NCBI RefSeq assembly: GCF_022045235.1
Contig: NW_027266264.1
Location: 60,140,001 to 60,204,000 of the forward strand
DNA length: 64,000 bases
Source: Haliotis cracherodii
Lineage: Eukaryota
Reading direction: 5' to 3'
The translations under genes were made by a program, and so were the position numbers. The notes beneath the pieces were generated by a model. That model did not search any database. It had not been told where the DNA came from and saw only the letters and a list, made by a program, of their open reading frames with translations. This document shows positions 42,301-54,300 of the stretch, piece after piece. The number at the start of each line of letters is the position of its first letter. Position 1 is the first letter of the stretch.

Positions 42301-45300
42301 GCTTCAGCCTTACCAGCACACCATCGGTATCTACAAATAGATTCTGCATTATCAGCATTCATGTTACTGATAACATTCTCTGTATCTGTAACAGCAAACT
42401 TAAACACAATGGGAAAATGATCTGACTCACATCTTGTGGCTACACTGAAATCATAATTAGTACTAAATAATTCAGATGAACATAAGCAATAATCAACCAT
42501 GCTGGCACCCCCACCAGCAAAGCATGTAAAATCCCCGCGGGGATCTGATTTTGTTCTCCCATTCATCATATGTATATCAAGAGAACAGCATAAATCTATT
42601 AAATCACAACCATGGGAGTTTACACGATCATCTGTCCACTTTCTAGATATGCTTAAACTGTCAATTTTATAATTCAAATCTTCCAGTGAAGGAATGTATT
42701 TGTTGCCATCCTGTAAAATATAATCCTTTAAGTTGCCTGTTCTAGCATTCATATCACCCATAATCACAAAAACAAAGTCTTCAATATCAGCATCTGTGAT
42801 GCACGAGAGCAAACAGTTTTCTAAGTAATCAATCCCTTTCTGCAGTCTTGGATCGCTCCGGACGGATGAATATACAGGGTGAATATACACACATCCATAT
42901 AAAATATCGTATGTGTAACCAAAAAGTTTCTTATCCAAAAGCACGAAAATACAATCAGTAAAGTCAGACCAGATCTTCTTGATGTATTGACTTGCAAAAT
43001 GGCTAACGCAAACGGCAACACCGCCTCTGTTATTAAAGTCCCGTTGGTTAATATAAACAGTATGGTTTATAAATATAGAAGAAATGTCATCTTTATTTAC
43101 ATTGTTCCATATTTCAACAAATCCAATGACATCAAACTTCAGACAATACTGTATAAAGTCAGAGTCAGCTAGTTTCTGTTTCAAACCATGAACATTCCAT
43201 GTCACTATTTCAAACCAAGTACGCGCATCAATCTCTGGCGGCAACTGGTGGACCGGGCCATCTTCCTAGCTTAGGCCGGGCGAGCTAATGACATCATCAG
43301 ACGCACTCACTTCACGTGAAAGTCCTGGCTTGTTACCTGATTTGACAGTTGTGACACAGTCTAAACCCAGGTCATAGGAATAAATATTATCCTCAGTATA
43401 CAGCTTATCATACCGCAAAAATGCCTTCAAACCTGATTCACGCGCCTGAAACATCTTCGGGAGAAGTTTCTTTCTCTTCTGTCGCACCAGTGGGGAGAAG
43501 TCCTCAGTAATAAACATATCAGTGTCCTTCAAAGCTTTAGATGCCCTCAGAATAGCGTGTTTGTCCTTGTCGTCTGCTAGCTTAACAATAATAGCCTTCC
43601 CCTTCATAATGCGATGTGCCCTTTGAATGTTCACATCATCTAATAACTGCAGGTCGTTCCTGAGGACATTTTTTACAATCAGTTCACAATCAGTCCATGA
43701 CTCTGTTTCATTACCTCTCGGTACACCGTGAAATATCAGATTGTTACGCCTGCTCATATTCTCAAGGTAATCAAGTTTGTCATCCATTGCTTTCATCTGA
43801 TCTTTCAAACGAAAATTTTCCTCTTCTAGGGCTTGACATCGGTTATTAGTCTCAGAAATCTGCTCTAAAACCACCTTCAGTGTACTCTCAACAGTCTGAA
43901 GTTTCAGATTCATATCATCATTAGAACGCTGAATTTTGTCTATCTTACATGACACTTCTCTCAGTTCATCCAACACAGTTTGTAAAGTTTTTTCACTTGC
44001 CTTTGAGGATAATGTAAGTTGCTTCTCTCCACCTTTACCTCCAGCAGTAGATCTAGTTTGTACGCCATCATTAGAATCCGGACCTGGGTTGGGTTCGACA
44101 CCTCCCATCAGTAACAGCATGAGAATGAGGTTCAGCACAACCAAGCGGGTGTGTATACCAACCAGCGCGTTTAAACGAGGGATGCGTCCACGTCTGGCCT
44201 TATTTGCTTTTCAAATACTGTTCAAAGCAGTATTGAACTCACTCATTTTCCAGAATATAGAGGTGATTAGGAATCTCTAGAGATAGATAATCTTTAATGA
44301 TAAATAGTGAAGTTGAGGATAATGTTTTCACTGTGTATCAAACTCCTGTTTTGAAACATGTTTCAGTAATATTTCAGGTTGACACATGTGAGCTTTAAAG
44401 CCACTCTCCATGTAGGACTTGTATGTATATTCTCTTACCACATTGCCTGGTGATGATGACTGTATCTGCCATGACAACGACCTCTTGATCTGACCTTCTG
44501 GGATGACAATTGGGAGTGATGTCCCCTGACCTGTTATGTCCCCACCAGATGGCACCGACGAGGCCAGGATGTGAGAGGGTGTCTTATGTTCCTGTGTAAG
44601 AAACAAAACAATGACAGTGACAGAGAGGGACAGCTTCCTGATGGATCATCCAGTGAGGAGGTCAGGCTGCACCATTGCTTATTCATTACAGTAAACTACG
44701 GTTGTAATGAACTCTAAGGGACCACAAAATTTAGTAATTATAACAGTTGTTCTTTAGAAGCATATATACAGCAAAACCAGTTCGTCATATCATCCAGGTC
44801 GTTCTAAGCGTGTTCGTTATAAATGTAGTTCACTGTATTTTGTTGAAAATTGGCTGTTTATTAAGTTCTTACTTTTTAAATTTAGGCTTTTTAACGCTGC
44901 ATTCAGTGCAACAATGTAAAACAATGCACTAAAGTTATTTCTGACTATATTGGTCCTATAATCAGGGGGTACGGATGGTCCAGTCATCTAATCGCTGTCC
45001 CTAGGGCACAAAAGAAACCTATGATTGTGGGTTCGAATACTGGTTCGCCCCGATTATTTTTTAGGTTTGTCAGCACCCGGGGTCGGAGGTTTCACCAATG
45101 TGGTAAACATCTGTGACATGCATCACTTGGGGCGATATGAAGCACAAATGAGAAAGACTTTGTTTCCCTGAAGAGTATGAGGGTCTTACCTTTCTCTGAT
45201 AATCATGGTCAAATATCCCAACATTGGCGACAGGTATGACATTGGTGGAAGAGTCCATGTTGCTGAGAGGAGGGGGTGAGGATGTATGCATCTCGGCAAA

Positions 45301-48300
45301 CTGTCGCGTGACATTGTCCATCTCGACTTGAACCTCATTGTAATAGAAGTCCTCCTCCTGGTCGGACAACTCCTCGTCACTGTCACGGCTGAATAAAACA
45401 AGCATGAAACACTCATATCCCCCGCCAATATGACATGTACAGTTGCATGCAAGGCAAGAAATACTGTAAGGTTTCCAAGATCTGCTCCGGAAATCAGCAC
45501 TACCAACATTTTCAGTCTAAGTCAAGTCATTGCTATGGAAACTTGAAAAATAATTTTTTCAAAAATCCCAAACTATCAAAAGGCACCAGTTTACCACCAT
45601 ACCTATCTATTTACCAATGTTGGTGAAGAAATATTGTATGTTTTTCAAGAACAGCTCAGGAAAGGAGCACAACCAACATTTTCAAACTAAGTCAAAGTTG
45701 GTGCCGTGAAACTCGAAACAATTTTTCTTTTCTCAAACTATCACAAGGCACCAGTTTACTACTAGACCTATCTATGTGCAACTAGGTCCACACATAGTAG
45801 TAATAAAAGCACCATACTACTATGCTATTGATACTATAATACCTGACACACACAAATCATTGTTACCTTCAATCACTATTTCAGTCTACTCATACGACAA
45901 GTATTGGATACCTGGCACTATTCTGCACCACTGAGACATGTGGGAAAAGTAGGGAATATATCTGTTATAACAGTCTGATCGAAACAATGTATGGCATCAA
46001 AACTGACTTACTTGAAATGTGTCTTCCGTACATGCTTTGTAATATCTTTCAATGTGTTACAGACTTCCCCACATCGGCGCCATGTGCACTGGAACACTGT
46101 CCTCAGACCCTGGAAAACCAAAACTGCTGATGAGACGAGGGTTACAAACTTCACTGACAGAATGATTTTCTACTGAAGGGACCCACCCAGCATCATCCAG
46201 AGACAAATGTGTCTGTTGTGCCACACACACAAAGATTCCATCTGTTGTAGACATTTCTTTTGTCTAGTTAAACAGATTAAAATGAAATTATATTTCAAAA
46301 CAGATAACATGTGTCTGATCTACAGTTGGAAGAAGAGAGAGCTACTCCTGCAGGTGATAACAAACTCGCTTACGAATCTTCTGTTTGAGAAAACATGTTG
46401 TCATTTTTGTATCAAATACCATTGTTGATAATTGATACAAATACAAAATTGTATGATGCATTTTCAAACAATATCAAATACTTACAGCTGAATTTATCAC
46501 AGAATATATATCCTCACAACCCTTATCACAGTGTCTTTAACCTTTTCAATCTCAGTAAATTAGATAATAAATGTGCAGGAATAATAATAATAATAATAAT
46601 GATCATCATCATCATCATCATCATCATCCATTGATATGGCACTGTACTCCATGCATAAGCATGCTTTAAGTGCTTAGATCAATGTGTACACTCAAAAATC
46701 ATTCTCAGCTCCCTTGGAAATATACAACCCAAGCTGCCTGTTAGGTGCTAGAAGGTTAACAGCCACATTGCCATCTCATCCTACCGGATACCCATCAACT
46801 GCTGGGTGAACAGAGACACATTTCGAACAAAGTCACTTGCCCAAGGAGACAACACATGTGCTGCATGTGCTTCAGTGTGGGGCAGGACCGAGTCCCTAGA
46901 TGCAGAAACTGATACAGGTAATCAGGTTCTTTAAAAACATCTAGCATTACTTTCAAAGATTCAATAAGCACGTACATTAAAACTAAATGTACTCATGTTT
47001 ATTTTAAGTTATTCCAGAGAAATGCCGTAAAAGGCGACTATGCTTGTCGTAAAAGGCGACTAACGGGATTGGGTGGTCAGGCTCGCTGACTTGGTTGATA
47101 CATGTCATCGATCCCAATTGCGAGGATCGATGCTCATGATGTCAATCACTGGATCGTCTGGTCCAGACTCGATCATTTAACAGACCGCCGTCATATAGCT
47201 AGAATAATGCTGAGTGCGGAGTTAAACAACAAATCAACCAACCAACCAGAGAAAGATTTTGGTGCAATTAGTCTTTTATTTACCATAGCAACAATGTTTC
47301 AAAGTGAGCAGTAAAACGTGAGACATGTCATACTTCCAGTGTCGGTGTTTATAAACTGTTATACACAGTGAAAGTGGGAACTGATAGATGGCCTATGACA
47401 AAAACCATATCAACAACACGATGACCTTGGGGTAACCCTCTCCGCTCTGCACCATGTGACTTTGTCCCATGTTACTGTGTGTGGATATCTATCAGTTAAA
47501 CTGTCAGTCATCACATGCAATGTTCCTGTCCACACTACAGGAGTCTGGTGTTTTGTTTATTTGTTTGTTTGTTTCTTTCTTGTTTAACGCCATACTCAGC
47601 AATATTCCAGCTATATGACAACGGTCTGTAAATAATCGTCTGACCCACATAATCCAGTGATCGACATCATGAGCATCGATTCTCGCAATTGGGATTTGAT
47701 GACATGCATCAACCAAGTTAGCGAGCCTGACCACCCGATCCCATTAGTCGCCTCTTACGACAAGCACAGTTGCCTGTTACAGCAAGCATGGGTTGCTGAA
47801 GACCTATTCTACCCGGGATCTTCATGGGCACTGACAAAATGTACCACCATGATTTTGTGCTCAAATGGTCTCATAAGGAGTCAGTGAGGGAGTTACATCC
47901 CTTTGAACAGTTCCTGCATGACATAAATTCACCATTTCTTACAGCGGTGATAAAATCTTGTGTTGTCTTCCATTTCTCCAAATTGTAAAACAGAGTTGAA
48001 CAATTTTTTGTTTGTCAAAAGTCATCATATTTAGGGTAATTTGAGCTTTTTTGGTTTGTCAACCTTGTAAACCAACTAAACAAAAAGATAAGCCCTTATG
48101 ATGGCAAATGGTTCCAGGCTAATAATAAAAAAACAGAGATAACCAAGAATGTGGGGCTCAGGGCTTGCTTTAGCTATAGATCACATGCACCAGAGCTACC
48201 TATTTTTAAAAATGGAATCTTATATTTATGTCTACATGCACCGAATGTCAAAAATATTTATAAAAAACTAACCATTACTTGTCAACAAAACAATGGTCTT

Positions 48301-51300
48301 TGAACACACTCAATATCTCTAAGCTTTATTCACCATACCACATCACTAATCCCTGAATCATAAGTAATTTGCCATGCAAATGACGTCATCAGACTGTGGG
48401 TACAAGATTTTGTTCTGTACTGTAGTTTCATCGGTAACTGAAGTAGACCACTGTATGACGTCATGATAGTCAGATTATCCTGTTATACTCATAATGCAGT
48501 ATGTGTGTGTTACCATTGATCACACTTCCACATAGGTACTGCAACAGTAAGTACTAACATACTACAAATCATGTCATGTCATCAGAGATCTGTGTTACCA
48601 TTGATCACACTGCCACATAGGTACTGCAACAGTAAGTACTAACATACTACAAATCATGTCATGTCATCAGAGATCTGTGTTACCATTGATCACACTGCCA
48701 CATAGGTACTGCAACAGTAAGTACTAACATACTACAAATCATGTCATGTCATCAGAGATCTGTGTTACCATTGATCACACTGCCACATAGGTACTGCAAC
48801 AGTAAGTACTAACATACTACAAATCATGTCATGTCACATCAGAGATCTGTGTTACCATTGATCACACTGCCACATAGGTACTGCAACAGTAAGTACTAAC
48901 ATACTACAAATCATGTCATGTCACATCAGAGATCTGTGTTACCATTGATCACACTGCCACATAGGTACTGCAACAGTAAGTACTAACATACTACAAATCA
49001 TGTCATGTCACATCAGAGATCTGTGTTACCATTGATCACACTGCCACATAGGTACTGCAACAGTAAGTACTAACATACTACAAATCATGTCATGTCACAT
49101 CAGAGATCTGTGTTACCATTGATCACACTGCCACATAGGTACTGCAACAGTAAGTTCTAACATACTACAAATCATGTCATGTCACATCAGAGATCTGTGT
49201 TACCATTGATCACACTGCCACATAGGTACTGCAACAGTAAGTTCTAACATACTACAAATCATGTCATGTCACATCAGAGATCTGTGTTACCATTGATCAC
49301 ACTGCCACATAGGTACTGCAACAGTAAGTTCTAACATACTACAAATCATGTCATGTCACATCAGAGATCTGTGTTACCATTGATCACACTGCCACATAGG
49401 TACTGCAACAGTAAGTTCTAACATACTACAAATCATGTCATGTCACATCAGAGATCTGTGTTACCATTGATCACACTGCCACATAGGTACTGCAACAGTA
49501 AGTACTAACATACTACAAATCATGTCATGTCACATCAGAGATCTGTGTTACCATTGATCACACTGCCACATAGGTACTGCAACAGTAAGTTCTAACATAC
49601 TACAAATCATGTCATGTCACATCAGAGATCTGTGTTACCATTGATCACACTGCCACATAGGTACTGCAACAGTAAGTACTAACATACTACAAATCATGTC
49701 ATGTCACATCAGAGATCTGTGTTACCATTGATCACACTGCCACATAGGTACTGCAACAGTAAGTACTAACATACTACAAATCATGTCATGTCATCAGAGA
49801 TCTGTGTTACCATTGATCACACTGCCACATAGGTACTGCAACAGTAAGTACTAACATACTACAAATCATGTCATGTCATCAGAGATCTGTGTTACCATTG
49901 ATCACACTGCCACACAGGTACTGCAACAGTAAGTACTAACATACTACAAATCATGTCATGTCATCAGAGATCTGTGTTACCATTGATCACACTGCCACAT
50001 AGGTACTGCAACAGTAAGTACTAACATACTACAAATCATGTCATGTCATCAGAGATCTGTGTTACCATTGATCACACTGCCACATAGGTACTGCAACAGT
50101 AAGTACTAACATACTACAAATCATGTCATGTCATCAGAGATCTGTGTTACCATTGATCACACTGCCACATAGGTACTGCAACAGTAAGTACTAACATACT
50201 ACAAATCATGTCATGTCATCAGAGATCTGTGTTACCATTGATCACACTGCCACACAGGTACTGCAACAGTAAGTACTAACATACTACAAATCATGTCATG
50301 TCATCAGAGATCTGAGGTTTTATTATTTTGATAAATTTCTGGGCCCAGGGTGCAACCTGGTTTTGTAAGGTGCAACTGGTTTTGTATGTACCCGGTGCAC
50401 GTTAAATCTAGTTCTTTAAATCCAGGCCTGTAGCGAACTCAACTATTCCTGTGTTTTTGGGGCCAATGGTACTCTGTAATCACACTGCTAACAACTCTCT
50501 TGTCAGTTGGACATATGTCTCATACTGTAGTAGTCAACTGTTTACAAATACATTGTCCATTTCAGCAAATATCATAGTCTGTCTTACAGACCCTGATACA
50601 AATATATATCAAATACAGCACATGCAAGTCTATAATGTTTGGCAAGTCTAGATCACTGCAGTATCTGAAAATGAAAAGAGTCACTGGGCTCCTTTTTATT
50701 ATATTTTTATTAAGATAACTGAACAACTGTTTTTATTATGTATGATATGTTCATTTCAGAGACTAGATTTTAGTCTACTAATATCATATTCCTATCTGAA
50801 ATCAGATGAAATTCATATTTATTGCAGTAGCATCTTACATTTCATTTTATTGTCAAGTAAGTACCTATGTAAGTAAGTACCTATGTAATGAATTTTCCTG
50901 TCATCAATTTCATGATCACAAGGAAGAAAGTTAATTGATTCCAAATCAATCATTCTCTCAAATTGATTTTTTTTTAAATAAGTAACGTTAAATAATGATG
51001 ATGTATTTTTATGTCAGACAACGTCTTCTTATTTTCACTAGAATAAAGCATAATTATTTTCTGTGACAAAATATTTTTACTTATAGTGTCATACTTATAG
51101 TGTGCAGACAAACGCTAAAACTAGATATATATATAACAAAGTGCAAAATAATGTGTTCATTTGTTTCAAATGAATAGTGACCTACATTACAAGAATATCA
51201 ACGCATAGTAAATTAAGCAGAGTCTCGCTTGAATAACATTCAAATTTTCTGGGGACACACTGCCCTAGTTTTACAATGCTTTTCCAGTTCTGGATTGCCA

Positions 51301-54300
51301 AAACTGGCTGAACTGACCTACTTTCCAGTGACCTACTTCTGGAAGGAAGAAAGGCTGTGTTCGTGTTTATACATTATGGGATACCTCCTTGACCTCTCAT
51401 GGGGGCACGTTGCAGTTTCACTATAAAATATGATTTCATATGGTTTCATCTGTCTTAAAGCAGGAGACATGTCTTGATCAAACAGATGAACATTTTTATT
51501 TCTAAATATATATAAACAGATCTTAATATTTTACAAACAAATAAATAGTAAATAAATAAGGCACAGAAAAAGATTTCCATCTCATGATTTCTTATGTTAT
51601 TATTTTATGATTTTAAAAATAAATACAACTAAGATCAGTTTTTGGTTCTTACTGTCCATTTAATAAAAACACTGTCATCAACATCGTTGTGACTGCGAAA
51701 TGACAGAAAGGGTATCAAACTTTCAATAAATATTCGTAATGTTACAACTTACAAAGTATGAAATTTCACTGCGAAACTTAACTATAATATAAAGCTATAT
51801 TCCTTGTTTACGAATTCCATCGTAGAGGTTTTTCCAAACTATTTTGATTATTTACATTAATAGTCATAATATATTTTAACCTCAAGATTGCCCAAGGCAG
51901 AGAAATTGTTCAACCTGCGCAGCTAAAGGTACTATTTATAGCGCTTAAATCATAGATCACGTGATAGCCGAAAACGTCACCCCCACGTGACATAAACAAA
52001 TCATGCCCCTTGCACGTGCCGGTTTCGCTCAGCTGTCAAAACATCCCGAACCTGCGAATGTACAGTTGCAACTTATTTTATCTTCACATTTGATATACAT
52101 AAACGCTCTATATCGCCCAAAAGCACTACATTGAGTCCATTCCTATTGTGTGAAACAGGATATCTAAGTGCGCGAGCTCCGCATTCATTCAGCTGTGCAG
52201 AGCGATCGATACAGACAACTGACAGGACAGCACAACTTGGGCGGTGTGCGTTGCAGCTAAATATAGCACACCGGCAAGGCAATCAGCTGTTTGCTATCCG
52301 GGTCAGGCTAAACTGTCGGCATCTCAGCGGACGGCCACTCGGAAATGTTGTTGTAAAACAAACAGAATGTTCCAACGTAAACCTGAGTTAGTCTACTTTT
52401 TATTTCAATTCACAACATGTGTAACGGGGGTACATTTGCGCAAACTAGTCCCAATGTGTCTGAGCTGAGATAGAAAAGCCAGTAGATCTATTTTGGTACC
52501 TGACAAACTGTATTTACTTTAGCCTGTGGATGACGGGTCTCAATACATGTCGCTGTGGATATGCACCGACGATAGTTCAGCACAGGAACAATAGGGTACA
52601 TCGATCATGGCATAAACACATGATGAAACGTTGTGAAACCGCCTGATGGGGTAGCACAGTGTTGAATTGTTGATAACCATACGACATATACCTTACTTCC
52701 ATTGAATTCTCTTCGTACCCAGCTTACAGGATAAACCCCAAACCCCACATACGTTTATGAGCTATAATGATATACACAGTCATACCTTGTGTTCTTGTGT
52801 GTCGGCGTCGTAAAACTGTTTGATGTTTTCCTCGAGATCCAGAACGTCGTCGGGAGGGGTGGGGCTCCTGATCTGAATGGCTGCAGGTGCGCTCTCGCTC
52901 AAGTGTGAGGGCAGGGGTGGGGACCGGTCACTTCTCTCAGAGTGACCACTTTCAAACCCACTGCTCGCCGCACTACTCGACAAATGATAGTCATGGAAAG
53001 ATCCCGGACTTCGAAGAAATTCTGAAAAAGTAACACCTTAAAATATGTCTCCGAATTTGGAATCACCAAAATGCACATCGTATGAATATATGCCAATTAA
53101 CACACAGAGCCAAAGAAATAAACAAACAGTTGAACAAATGCATATTAATGTAATAACTTTATTGAGATAAACAAGGGCATGGCGATTTTGCTAAAATTAA
53201 TTGACAATTCGGTGGTTACACATTGTCACACATTGCAAGAAGAAACATTATTACATTAAACAGTATTAATACATTAATATTAACGTGCACACTCTTTAAT
53301 CAGCATGATGTCTGTGATAATATTTTATTATACACCATATGCTAGTTTATAAATTGACCTTTGTCCTTGAACGACTGCGGGAAGGAGGGCGAGGCTGGAC
53401 TACTGGACAGACTGGTGAGAGCGAACGCTGCCACATGTTCACGTTCATCTACCATGTCGACATCGTCGTTGTCGTTGTCGTCGTCGCTTCCATACAGTGC
53501 TGAGTCTAGGTGACGTCTCTCTCGCCTATGTGTACAGGGAAGCATAGATAAAACGTTTTGTTTGTTGTTTAACTCCGCACTCAGCAATATTCAGCCTGAC
53601 GACGGCCTGTAAGTAATCGAGTCTGGGCCAGAAGAACCAGTGATTGATAATGAGCCCCGTCACCAATCATCACAATCCAGTGTATTTAGACACTCTTACG
53701 AAAAGCATATAGGTTGTTTGGGACCTTTCCTAATCTTGAATGACTAGGGGAAATAAAAGCTTAATGAAAATACAGTGATACCCAAACTTTGGAGATATAT
53801 CTCTTTGTATATCTAGTAATATTGTCTTGTATTTTTTTTTTTTTTGAGCTGTATGTGGTATCTGATTGCGTTCGGTGCACAATTTTACCGTTTCTTCATC
53901 AGTATATTTGACAGATTTTAGGAACACACAATCATCTTTTACACTGATATTGTGCGATTTGCTTCATTTGTTGAAAATACTGAAATATAGAATTAAAATG
54001 GAAACAGAGATTTGAATTTATCCGGATTTGATTCACCATCAGCCAAACCAAATACTAAAAATAATTCCAGTTAATGTCCACCGCTGATTCTATATATGGC
54101 TCTGACATATTGCTGACATGACTTGGGTTATCATTATCCGGGGCATATTGAAGATTCGGAACAAAAAAACTAGAAATGACACTGATAATTGATACGAAAT
54201 CTCATACCATATGTTACTTCATGAAATATATTACTGTTAATAAATAACTAAAGCAACTAATAAACACCATACATCTGTTTTGAAACAAACACTTACCTCA

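Larger units (their letters stand above)
39669..44212 (-). mobile_element. Non-LTR retrotransposon (APE-type LINE; CR1/L2- or RTEX-like, clade not resolved), slightly 5'-truncated
   Basis: 13-bp TSD AAATACTGTTCAA (39656-39668, 44213-44225); ORF1 plus intact ORF2; 3' end GGCCTATGGCC hairpin, AATAAA and a (GAATT)n tail; splits a family-B SINE. Confidence 0.93.

Noticed and set aside
44211-44246. Upstream in-frame ATG ([11 protein letters not shown]) as the true ORF1 start with a premature TGA
   Set aside because: It lies outside the element. 44213-44225 is the TSD and the rest is the displaced tail of the SINE B that the LINE interrupted.
43936-44280. Antisense ORF over LINE ORF1 (ORF0-like)
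   Set aside because: Non-ATG start and it runs past the TSD into flanking DNA, so it is not an element-encoded unit.
48506-50314. CRISPR-like array
   Set aside because: Units are contiguous and near-identical with no unique spacers; eukaryotic context; no cas genes.
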